From Haliotis rubra (taxonomy: Eukaryota), in assembly GCF_003918875.1 (NCBI RefSeq), contig NW_025766225.1, forward strand, positions 124,001 to 188,000: a DNA stretch of 64,000 nt. The letters are read 5' to 3'. The position numbers were made by a program, and so were the translations under genes. Shown here in pieces: positions 36,465 to 47,064 of the stretch; position 1 is the stretch's first letter, and every line of letters begins with the position of its first letter. A model generated the notes under the pieces. That model did no database searches, was not told the origin of the DNA, and was given only the letters and a program-made list of their open reading frames with translations.

Positions 36465-37154
36465 ATGGCTTGTGAAGTGCTCACCGTGTGCAATTTAACC
36501 TTCATCTCGCTGTGTTTCGCCTGTATCGGTTATTATATCATTAGAGTTAAGAATCGCTTGTTACATTATAGGATGGATTGCAACGACCTGCTCGAACAAC
36601 TGTTGGTGGAGGGGTATAAGCGACCTGATGACTACAAGCAAGAGAAACTGGTAGCGCAGATCTACACTGGCATAGCATCGTACTTCCTCCCCATTCCCCC
36701 GGAATGCTGGCTTTACCTGTGGGAGGACCTCAAGAAGGACCCCTTTATCCAACACGCTTTGAGCGCCGTCAGCTGCCTGCTGTACCATAAATACGGTATG
36801 TTCTTAGCCCAGGTGACAGCGGCGATCATCACGGCGAAGCATTGTCAATTTAAATATGGGAATGATAATCATAATAGTATACAAGATGGATGCTGCCCAG
36901 ACAACCTGTTGTCAGAGGAGATATCACTAGTGACGATAGAGGAAACCCCGACCCCAGTACAAGTCACCAAGCAGAAGAACCCTAAAAGGGTCGCCGCCGG
37001 TAGAAAAGATGGTCTAGCCAAGCAACATAAGAGTAACTATATATGGATTGTAGGCACAACTGCTGCGGTTGCCGCGGTTTTCATGCTTTATAATAGGCCA
37101 CAAGCACCACCCCAACAACCACAATTAGAGGTCAACCCCCATATTATGTTATAA
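36465..37154 (+). CDS. Polinton hypothetical protein(s), 229 aa; possibly two or three ancestral small genes joined by deletion
   Basis: N-terminal TM segment, MDCNDLLEQL...DLKKDPFIQHAL...LYHKYGMFLA...TAKHCQF, then basic KNPKRVAAGRK and a C-terminal TM segment. Confidence 0.55.
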   Translation: MACEVLTVCNLTFISLCFACIGYYIIRVKNRLLHYRMDCNDLLEQLLVEGYKRPDDYKQEKLVAQIYTGIASYFLPIPPECWLYLWEDLKKDPFIQHALSAVSCLLYHKYGMFLAQVTAAIITAKHCQFKYGNDNHNSIQDGCCPDNLLSEEISLVTIEETPTPVQVTKQKNPKRVAAGRKDGLAKQHKSNYIWIVGTTAAVAAVFMLYNRPQAPPQQPQLEVNPHIML

Positions 37155-37180
37155 ATATATATTTCTATATCATATACATC

Positions 37181-37407
37181 ATGTCTGAGGGGAAAAGTTC
37201 GTTAACGAAGCATACCACGCCACTGTGGTCGCCGGCCTAGCCGTAGGGTACGCTCGGTTGACCAAGATGGTCCTCACACAACCGACTATAAAGTTCGACC
37301 TCGACCTGCAGGATATGGGCATGTTCATCATGAATTTGGGCATGGCTATGGCCACCAAGGATATCCTCATGAGGCAAGGTATCATACCGGGGAATATTTT
37401 GAAGTAA
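37181..37407 (+). pseudogene. Small two-helix hydrophobic Polinton protein (frameshift near the start)
   Basis: MSEGK/FVNEAYHATVVAGLAVGYARL...DMGMFIMNLGMAMATKDILMRQGIIPGNILK, with a TATATA-rich leader. Confidence 0.6.
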
Positions 37408-37416
37408 ATATATAGG

Positions 37417-37720
37417 ATGGATACGATCGCTATGATAGTCGACGGGGCTTTAGTCAATGCCCTGGCATTTTCTGGGAGAAATTACCTGTTCTCGAAATTA
37501 CGGAAGACTCCAGCGTGAGAACCATGCCGATAAAACGTTCCATGACATCGACGATGCAGCGAGAGAATACTACCTACCAACCGGCAAACAACTCTAACCA
37601 ATCGAGGAACCCACACTTGCTCAGTACTACACACCATCCCCGGGGCAAAAGGACCGAGAACTGACCTTCGTCGTGCTGGGTCTAGCAGCGACTGCGTTGA
37701 ATGTAAAGCAATTAAACTAG
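37417..37720 (+). pseudogene. Small Polinton membrane-associated protein, internally deleted
   Basis: MDTIAMIVDGALVNALAFSGRNYLFSKLR ... HADKTFHDIDDAAREYY ... EPTLAQYYTPSPGQKDRELTFVVLGLAATAL, spread across frames. Confidence 0.55.
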
Positions 37721-37728
37721 GTCCCCAT

Positions 37729-38091
37729 ATGAGTATACAAAAGATGAGACCTACCCCGTACCGATACCAGTACATACTTATGGGGAAGACCGAGACCTGC
37801 AGTAGGAGATGTAGGACTGAGGGGTACTGCTGTTTTCATAGGAGGTGTTTCGCGAACTACACCTGTTCCATGTGCGGTATTGGAGTGAAATGCCATTACT
37901 GTTTATGTAAAGCCCACGGGGCAAACGTAGTCAGGCACCAGCTTATCTACGAGAAGAAAAGGCATAATAATGCCTGCGTTCATACGAACTACTGTAACCC
38001 CGAAAGGTTACCTGAAAAGCTGGCGGATGAACAAAGCCGAAAGCATACCCGTCACCGCCATCGCTGGTATACTCAAAGAGGAACTGAATAG
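37729..38091 (+). CDS. Cys/His-rich basic protein (MRPTPYR...CSRRC...YCCFH...CSMCG...LCKAH)
   Basis: Several CxxC and CxxH pairs. The functional part probably ends near 37970, where the next ORF starts. Confidence 0.55.
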   Translation: MSIQKMRPTPYRYQYILMGKTETCSRRCRTEGYCCFHRRCFANYTCSMCGIGVKCHYCLCKAHGANVVRHQLIYEKKRHNNACVHTNYCNPERLPEKLADEQSRKHTRHRHRWYTQRGTE

Positions 38092-38344
38092 CCTGGGGCG
38101 CTTCAAATTTCGGTTCACATTGGAAATGACATGGGCTAAAGATGGCATCAGGTATACTTTCCCCATAACAGGTGGGCGGAAAATCGCGACTCAACCTGAG
38201 CTAGATAAGTACCTCAACACAATACGAAGTATCTACCCCAAGGGGTACGTGGCCAAAACGGTCTACCTAAGTATAGCGTATTATGACGCTAAAGTGGACC
38301 TACTGGCGCCAGGCCTCCACCTGCTCACATCAAAGTCCCATTAA
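37970..38344 (+). CDS. Stand-alone paralogue of the pPolB N-terminal (terminal-protein-like) domain, 124 aa
   Basis: FIRT..GYLKSWRM..ELNSLGRFKFRFTLEM..GIRYTFP..KTVYLSIAYY aligns with the pPolB segment FVRT..TYLRGWRM..ELNDLGSLKFQITAKM..GAIEYVQP..DKVYLDIANY. Confidence 0.65.
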   Translation: MPAFIRTTVTPKGYLKSWRMNKAESIPVTAIAGILKEELNSLGRFKFRFTLEMTWAKDGIRYTFPITGGRKIATQPELDKYLNTIRSIYPKGYVAKTVYLSIAYYDAKVDLLAPGLHLLTSKSH

Positions 38345-38408
38345 GGTTGGAGGAGTTACCTCCCTTGTTGGCGGACCAATTAGAGATTGTATACACCTGG
38401 GTATTACA

Positions 38409-39360
38409 ATGCCTACTGTCCGAGAGCTCAAGCAGATTGCGAGAGAACGAGGTGTAGTGGGTTACTCCCGAATGAGGAGACCCCAATTGTTTAGGTTACT
38501 CGACATACAACCCCCTCCCACGGTGAAACAACTCAAACGCCAAGCCAGAGAGCTGGGGTTGACTGGTTATTCCCGTATGAGGAAAGCCGGGCTTGTCGCA
38601 CTGTTGCACGACCCCATACGTCCCCACACTGTGAAACAACTCAAACGGGAAGCCCAAGAGCTGGGGTTAGTAGGTTATTCCGTATGAGGAAGCCTGAGCT
38701 CGTTGAACTGTTACATCAGCACAGAGTCGTTGATCTAGAGTTCGTGCGCACTGAACACGCTGTAGGTACCTATCTGAGAGGCTGGCGCATGCATGTGGAT
38801 AAGAACATAGACATCGGCGACATCAAGCCGCTGATCGCTGACAAAGTTAAGAACTGAACGATTTGGGAAGTCTAAAGTTTCAAATAACGGCAAAGATGTC
38901 GCTTGATAAACAACAGAATGGTGCCATTGAGTACGTTCAGCCTTACTTCCAGGGTAAACAAGAAGTCGTGACTCATGCCGAGACGATAGACGCGTCCATC
39001 GACACCAGTTTTCAGCAAATACGGGAATATTTGGAACACTTCACACACATGGGTTCTGGGTGGGCTGTGGATAAAATCGATAAGGTCTATCTAGACATAG
39101 CTAACTACGTACCGTTCAGAGGCGGATCGTACCTAGACTTGCCCCCCTACTACAAGAAAAAACAAGCAATGGTCAACATCAAGAACAGAGGGGGATGATT
39201 GCATGAGGTTAGCGATCAGGTCAGCCTTGTTTCCGGCCGACGTTAATTCGAACATGCCTTCTAGCTATCCCCAAAATGATGGGCTCAACTGGGCTGGTAT
39301 AGACGAACCCACCCCGCTATCCCAGGTCACCAAAATCGAGAAACAGAATGATATAGCCGT
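38409..39360 (+). pseudogene. N-terminal part of a protein-primed family B DNA polymerase (3 Rho_N/HeH-like repeats, terminal-protein-like domain, vOTU-like protease start); exonuclease and polymerase domains deleted
   Basis: TVxxLKxxAxExGxxGYSRMRK x3, then GSGW...YVPFRGGSYLDLP...AMVNIKNRG/DDCMRLAIRSALFP...LNWAGIDEPTPLSQVTKIEKQNDIAV, typical of Polinton pPolB N-termini. Three frameshifts. Confidence 0.82.
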
Positions 39361-39585
39361 CGTTGACGTTGCCAGCCGCTACAAGGAAGCCGAGCCCTTA
39401 ACCGCAAAAGATGCGGCCCAAGTAGCCCGCGGATTCGAGCGCATATACAAACGCAGTCCGCTGACATGGCCCACAGAGCTGCAAGTTGACCCCGGGCGGG
39501 AGTTCATGGGTGCCATGTCACAACTGCTAGCCCAGAACGACGTCCAAGTCAGGCGTGGCGCGGTGGTGTCGGCTATCAACACCAA
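39359..39585 (+). pseudogene. Retroviral-type (rve/c-integrase) core fragment fused in frame to pPolB
   Basis: VVDVASRYKEAEPLTAKDAAQVARGFERIYKRSPLTWPTELQVDPGREFMG...VRRG. Only the second catalytic Asp (QVDPGREF) is retained. Confidence 0.85.
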
Positions 39586-42500
39586 GGAGGCATGGGTGAC
39601 TTGGAGGCTTGGAGGCATGGAGACATGGAGGCTAGGAGGCATACGAACATGTGGACATTAAGGCTTGGAGGTATGGAGACATAGAGGCTCTGAGGCTTTA
39701 AGACTTGTGGCTGGGAGGCTTGGAGGCATGGAGACTTGAAGGCTTGGAGGCATGGGGACATGGGGACATGGAGACTTGGAATTTTGGAAGCTTGGAGGCA
39801 TGGGGACTTGCAGGCTTGGAGACATAGTGGCTTGGAGGTTGGGAGGCATGGGGACATGGAGGCTTAGAAGCTTGGAGCCATGGTGACATGGAGGCTTGGA
39901 GGCATGGTGACATTGAGGCTTGGAGGCATGGGTACTTGGAGGCTTGGATGTTTGCAGGCATGGGGACTTGGTGGCTTGGAGACTTGTGGCTAGGAGGCTT
40001 GGAGCCATGGATGCTTGGAGACTTGCAAGGTTGGAGGCTTGGAGAGTTGGAGGCATGGGGATTTGGAGCCTTCGAAGTTTGCAGGCATGGGGACTTGGAG
40101 GATTGGAGAGTTGTGGCTTGGAGGCTTGGAGGCATGGATACTTGGAGGCTAGAAGGCATGGGGACATGGTGGCTTGGAGACTTGGAGGCTTGGAGACTTG
40201 CAGGCTTGAAGGCTTGGAGATATGGAGCCTTGGAAGCTTGGAGGCTTGAAGGCGTGGAGGCTTGGAAACTTGGTTGCTTGGAGGCATGGTGGCTTGAAGG
40301 CATGGAGACTTCGAGGCTTGGAGGCATTGGGACTTGGAGGCTTGGAGACTTGGAGGCATGGGGACTTGGAGAATGGAGGCATAGGGACATTGAAGCTTAG
40401 ACCCTTGGACGCATGGGGACTTAGGCTTGGAGGCATGGGGACATTGAGGCTTTGAGGCATGGACGCATGAGGACATGGAGGCTTGGAGGCTTGGAGCCAT
40501 GGGGACTTCGAGGAGTGCAGGCTTCGAGGCATGGGGAATTTGGAGGCTTGGAGCCGTAGTGGCTTGGAGGTTTGGAGGCATGGAGGCATGGAGGCATAGA
40601 GGCTTGGAGACTTGGAGGCTTGGAGGCATGGAGACATGGAGACATGGGGACATTGAGGCTTAGAGACTTGGAGGCATAGGGACACAGAGGCTTGGAGGCA
40701 TGAGGACTTAGAGGCTTGGAGACTTGGAGGCATGGGTGACTTGGAGGCATGGAGGCATGGAGACATGGAGGCTTGGAGGCATGCGAACATGGAGGCTTGG
40801 AGGAATGGGGACATTGAGGCTTGGAGGTATGGAGACATGGAGGCTCTGAGGTTTGGAGGCATGGGGACTTGGAGGCTTACAGACTGCTAGGCTTGCAGAC
40901 ATGTAGTCTTGGAGGCATGGATACTTTGGAGGCTAGGAGGCATTAGGACATGGAGGCTTGGAGACTTTGAGGCTTGAAGGCTTGGAGGCATGTAGACTTG
41001 GAAGCTTGGAGACTTGGAGGCGTGGAGGCTTGGAAACTTGGTTGCTTGGAGGCTTGGAGGCTTGAAGGTATGGAGACTTGGAGGCATGGGGACATGGAGG
41101 CTTGGAGGCATAGGGACATGGAAGCTTAGAGGCTTGGAGCAATGCGAACATGGAGTCCAGGAGGCATGGGGACATTGAGGCTTTGAGCCATGGGGACTTC
41201 GAAGTTTGGAGGCTTGGAGGCATTGGGACTTGGAGGCTTGGAGGCATGGGAACATTGAGGCTTGGAGGCATGGGTACCTTGGAGGCCGGACGGATGTTTG
41301 CAGGCATGGAGGCCGGAGGCCATGGGAACATGGAGGCTTGGAGGCTTGGCCAGGGGACCTGGAGGCATGGACACCGAGGAGGCATGGCAGGGAGGCCGGA
41401 TGAGGCCTGGAGGCATGGAGACTTGACATGGAGGGAACATGGAGGCTTGGAGCCATGGGGACTTGGAGGCTTGGAGGCATGGGGACATTGAGGCTTGGAG
41501 GCATGGGTACTTGGAGGCTTGGATGTTTGCAGGCATGGCTACTTGGAGGCATGGAGACACCCTGGGAGGCTTGGAGCATGGAGAGCATGGAGGCCTGGAG
41601 GCCTGGATGTGGCACTTGGAGGCCAGCCGGAGCCACAGATCTACCGGAGGCACGGACATGGACCATTGGAGGCACTGGAGGCACAGGCCCTGGAGGCCTT
41701 GGTGGCACGGGACGGAGGCCGGACAGGGAGGCAGGCTTGGACTTGGAGGCACCAGGAGGCCGGATGGAGGCTTGGAGGCTTACCTTGGAGGCATGGGGCA
41801 CGGATCCCTGGAGGCCTGGGAGGCATGGGACTTGGAGGCCTGGTGATGCCCAGGCATGGAGGAGGCCTGGAGGCCTGGAGACCTGTGGCCTGGAGGCCTG
41901 GAGGCATGGAGATCCTGGACATGGAGCCATGGGACATGGAGGCCTGGAGCCATCATGCACTGAGGCTTGGAGGCATGGAGGCACTTGGAGGCCTGGGCCC
42001 ATGAGGCACTGAGACACCTGGTGGCCTGGAGGCATGGGAGCCTGGAGCCACACGGAGACCACTGGAGGCTATGGTGGCATTGGTACTTGGAGGCACGGAG
42101 CCATGGGACACTGAGGCCGAGGCATGGCATGGACCTGGAGGCTTGGAGGCATGGGGACATGGCCGGAGGCTTGGTGGCATGGGTGACCTTGGAGGCACGG
42201 AGGCATGGGGACTTGGAGGCCTGGAGGCATGGCGTGGAGGCTTGGAGGCCAGGAGGCATGGAGGCGGAGGCCTGGAGGCATGGAGACATGGAGGCTGGGA
42301 GGCTGGAGGCCGGAAGGCATGGACACGGAGGCTGGAGACCGCCAGGCCGGCATGGAGACAGGTACAGGCCTGGAGGCTTGGAGGCCGGAGGCACAGGGAC
42401 ATGGAGGCTTGGGGAGACCGGAGGCACGTGGATACTTGGACCGGAGGCCTGGAGGCATGGAGGCTTGGTGGACCCACTTGGAGGCCTGGAGGCCACGGGT

Positions 42501-45500
42501 ACACTGAGGCCCTGAGGCATGGAGGACGGAGGCTTGGAGACATAGGAGGCATGGAGACATGGAGGCCTGGAGGCAGACGCGAACATGGAGGCTTGGAGGC
42601 ATGGGGACACTGGAGGCCATGGAGGCCATGGAGGCCTGAGAGGGGACTGGGAGGCCTGGAGGCATGGGGACCCGGGAGGCTTGGAGAGGCATGGGGACTT
42701 GGAGAGGCTTGGAGGCCTGGAGGCATGGGCACCCCTTGGAGACTTGTAGGCAGGAGGCCTGGAGGCCTGGAGGCAGAGAGACCTGGAGGCACGGGACTGG
42801 AGACCTGGAACTTGCCGGTGGAGGCCGGGAGACCGGGAGGCATGGTGACGGAGGCCTGAGCCTGCAGGCATGGGAGGAGGCCTGGAGACCTGGAGGCCTG
42901 GGAGGCCTGGAGGCATGGGAGACATGGAGACCTGGAGGCATGGGGACACGGAGGCCTGGAGGCATGGGGACATGGAGGCCTGGAGGACACGGGAGGCATG
43001 GAGGACTGGAGGCATGGGAACTTGAGGCTTGGAGGCTTGGGAAAGACCTGGAGGCATGAGACCTGGAGGCCTGGAGGCATAGGAGACATGGAGGCTTGGA
43101 GGCAGGCCTGGAGGCATGCTGAGACATGGAGGCCAGAGAGCCTGGAGGCATGGGGGCTTGGAGAGCATTGGCCAGAGGCCTGGAGACTTGAGGCATGGGG
43201 ACATGGAGGCCTGGAGGCTTGGAGGCATGGAGGCCTTGGAGGCCTTGGAGGAGGGGAAGAGGCATGGAGACCTTGGAGGCATGGAGGCATGGGACATGGA
43301 GGCTTGGAGGCATGGGGACATGGAGGCTTGGAGGCCTGGAGGCCTTGGGAGGCTTGGACATGGGGACATGGAGGCCTTGGAGGCATGGGGACTTGGAGGC
43401 TTGGAGGACATTGGAGGCATGCATGGAGGCCTGGAGGCTTGGAGGCAGGGGACCGGGAGGCATGGGTACTTGGATGGAGGCTTGGACATGGGAGGTAGGA
43501 GGCCGGGGGAGGACTTGGGAGGCATTAGGACTTGGAGGCTTGCAGGCATGGACACTTGGAGGCTTGGAGACTTGAGGCTTGGAGGCTTAGGAGGCATGGA
43601 GACTTTGGAGGCATGGAGGCATGGAGACATGACAGAGGCTTGGAGAATGGAGGCATGGAGGCTTGGGAGGCATGGGGACTTGGAGGCTTGGAGGATTGGA
43701 GGCATGGGAACCGGAGACTTGGAGGCATGGAGGCATGGAGGCCGGAGGCTTGGAGGCATGGAGAGCATGGGAGGAATGGAGGCACTGGAGACAAAGGACA
43801 TGGAGGCATGGAGGCATGGATGGAGGCTTGGAGGCATGGGACCTGGAGGCTTGGAGGGACTTGGGAGGCTTGGACCCAGGCTTGGAGGCTTGAGACTTTG
43901 GAGGCAAGGAGGCATGGGGACATGGAGGCTTGGAGGAGGCATGGGACACTTGGGAGGCTTGAAGGCATGGAGACATTGGGCATGGAGGCTTGGAGGACCT
44001 TAGGTGGCATGGAGGCTTGGAGCTTGGAGGCAGGTGGAGGCTTGGAGGCATGGAGGCTTGGAGGCATGGGGACATGGAGGTTTGGAGGCATAGGGACAGG
44101 AGGCTGGAGGCTTGGAGGCATGGAGGCCGGAGGCTGGAACATGGAGGAGATTGGAGGCAGTGGACATGGAGGCCTTTGGAGGTCATGGAGGCCAGGCTTG
44201 GATGGGACTTCTGAGGCTTGGAGGCTTGGAGGCATGGGGACATGGAGGCTTGGAGGCATGGGGACTTGGAGGCTTGGAGGTTGTGGCTTGGCATGGAGGA
44301 CTTAAGAGGCTTGGAGACTTGGGGCACAGGAGGCTTGGAGGCTTGGAGGCAGGAGACTTGGAGGCATGGGATTGGAGGCTTGGAGGCTTGGAAGGCATGG
44401 AGGCTTGGATGGACTGGAGGCATGGAGATTTGGAGGCTTCAGTTTGCAGGCATGGGGACATGGAGGCTGGAGACTTGTGGCAGGGGGCTTAGGAGGCATG
44501 GAGACTTGGAGGCTTGGAGGCATGGAGGTGGAGGCCTTGGAGCCATGGGGACACTGGAGGCCTGGAGGCATGGGGACATGGAGGCTTGGAGCCATGGGGA
44601 CACGGAGGCTTGGTGGCATTGGAGGAGGCCGGAGGCTTGGAGACTTGGAGCCATGGGGACACCTGAGGCTTGGAGGCTATGGAGGCATGGAGGCTTGGGA
44701 GCCATGGGGACATTGAGGCCAGGCATGGGCATGGGGACTTGGAGGCCTGGAGCCATGGGACATGGAGGCTTGGAGGCATGGGGACACGGAGGCTTGGAGG
44801 CATGGGGACTCTGGAGGCTTGGAGGCAGGAGACTTTGGAGGCTTGGAGGCATGGGGACATGGAGGCCTTGGAGGCATGGGAGGCATGAGAGGCCTGGACA
44901 TTTGCAGGCATGGGGACCTGGAGGCCGGAGACCCTGAGGCTTGGAGGCCTGGAGGCCAGGAGACTTGAGGCATGGAGGCTTGGAGGCCTGGAGGCACGAG
45001 GACACGGAGGCTTGGAGGCATGGAGACTTGAGGCATGGAGACTTGGAGGCTTGGAGACCGGAGGCACGGAGGCATGGAGGCATGGAGGCATGGAGGCATG
45101 GGGCCATGGCCGGAGGCTTGGAGGCACGGGCACCCCTGGAGGCATGGAGGCACCCGGACCGGAGGCCGGGAGGCCTGGCATGGGGACATGGAGGCATGGA
45201 GGCATGGGGACTTGGAGGCCGGAGGCATGGGGACATTGGAGGCCGGAGGCTTGGAGGCATGAGGAGGCATGGAGGCCGGAGGCACGGACACGGAGGCATG
45301 GGAGGCATGGAACGGAGGCTTAGGAGGCATGGGACACCGAGAGGCTTGGAGGCATGGGGACATGGAGGCCGGAGGCATGGAGGAGGCATGGAGGCCGGAG
45401 GCAGGAGGGACTTGGAGGCAGGCATGGACCTGGAGGCCGGAGGCCACAAGGGCATGGAGGCCGGAGGCCTTGGAGGCACGGGGACATGGAGGCTTGGAGG

Positions 45501-46943
45501 CATGGAGGCATATGGGGACCATGGAGGCCTGGAGACCTGGAGGCCTGGAGGCCGGAGGCATGGAGGCAAGGAGGCTTGAGGGCATGGGACATGGGGACCG
45601 GAGGCCATGGGGAGGCATGGACCGAGCTTCGAGGCATGGGGACATGGAGGCCTGGAGGCTTGGAGGCATGGGCCTGGAGGCACATGAGGCCATGAGGAGC
45701 CGGAGGCCTTGGAGGCTTGGAGGCATGGAGGCATGGAGGCCTTGGAGGCATGGGACATGGAGGCCTGAGGCATGGGGCACACACGAGAGGCCGGAGGCAT
45801 GGGGAGATTGGAGGCCTTGGAGCCATGGACACGGAGGACACTGGAGGCATGAGGCTGGAGGCCAGGCATGGAGGCCCTGGAGGCTTGGAGACATGGGGGC
45901 TTGGAGGCATGGACACTGAGGCTTGGAGGCATGGGGACCTGGAGGCCTTCAGAGGCATGAGGCATGGGGACTTGGAGGCTTGGAGACTTGTGGCATGGAG
46001 GCTTGGAGGCATGGAGGCATGGAGACATGGAGGCATGGCATGGAGGCTTGGGGACATGGAGGCCTGGAAGACTTGGAGGCCGGGGAGACTTGGAGGCATG
46101 GAGACTTGGATGCTTGGAGGCTTGGAGGCACGGGAGGCTTGGAGGCTTGGAGGCATGGGGACATGGAGGCTTGGAGGCATTGGGGCATGGAGATTTGGAG
46201 GCTTGGAGGCATGGAGGCATGGAGGCTTGGAGGCATGGAGCCCTTGGGGCATGGAGACTTGGAGGCTTGGAGGCATGGGGACATGGGGGCTTGGAGGCCT
46301 TGGTGGCATGGAGACTTGGAGGCTTGGAGGCATGGGGACATGGAGGCTTGGAGGCATGGGGACTTGGGGACTTGGAGGCTTGGAGGCTTGGAAGGCATGG
46401 AGGCGAGACTTGAGGCTTGGAGATTTGTGGCCTGGAGGATTGGAGGCAGAGACTTGGAGGCATGGGGATTTGGAGGCTTGGAAGGCTTGGAGGCATGGAG
46501 GCTTGGGGGGCATGGAGACTTGGAGGCTTGGAGGCATGGACATGGAGGCTTGGAGGCTTGGTGGCATGGAGACTTGGAGGCTTGGAGGCATGGGGACATG
46601 GAGGCTTGGAGGCATGGGGACTTGAGGCTTGGAGACTTGTGGCTTGGAGGCATGGAGGACTTGGAGGCATGGGGAGACTTGAGGCTTGGAGACTTGTGGC
46701 TTGCAGGATTGGAGGCGAGACTTGGAGGCATGGGGACTTGGAGGCTTGGAGGCAAGGGGACATGGAGGAGAGGCTTGGAGGCATGGAACATGGGGGCTGG
46801 AGGCATGGGGACATGGAGGCTTGGAGGACTTGGAGGCATGGAGACTTGGAGATTTGGAGGCATTGGGAGACTTGGATGTCTTGGAGACTTAGTGGCTTGG
46901 AGGCATGGAGACTTGGAGAGACTTGTGGAGGCAAGTGGAGGCA
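39586..46943 (+). repeat. GGAGGC(A/T)T satellite, third array (very noisy at about 41.2-46.5 kb)
   Basis: Same octamer family and orientation as 9841-16220. Confidence 0.95.
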
Positions 46944-47064
46944 CCTAATCGCCAGTACACAAAAGTCAGCCACCTAACCCACTCAACCAACCATCACGAC
47001 TTCCACCGACAAATCATTACGGGACGTCATATCCGTCTCCATATAGCAATATTAAGATGACTCA

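Larger units (their letters stand above)
30390..39585 (+). mobile_element. Decayed Polinton/Maverick (adintovirus-like) element, copy B; left terminus present, right end deleted
   Basis: AGTAGT terminus at 30390. Contains capsid, packaging ATPase, pPolB N-terminal and retroviral-type integrase fragments, and is flanked on both sides by the same satellite. Confidence 0.88.

Noticed and set aside
9766-46977. Dozens of long ORFs such as MPPSLQASK... and GGLEAWRHG...
   Set aside because: They are translations of the stop-poor octamer satellite, occur in all frames on both strands, and differ between the duplicated copies.
39586-47060. Right TIR and 6-bp TSD of the Polinton
   Set aside because: No reverse complement of AGTAGTATATACACTGGGG was seen; the integrase fragment runs directly into satellite.
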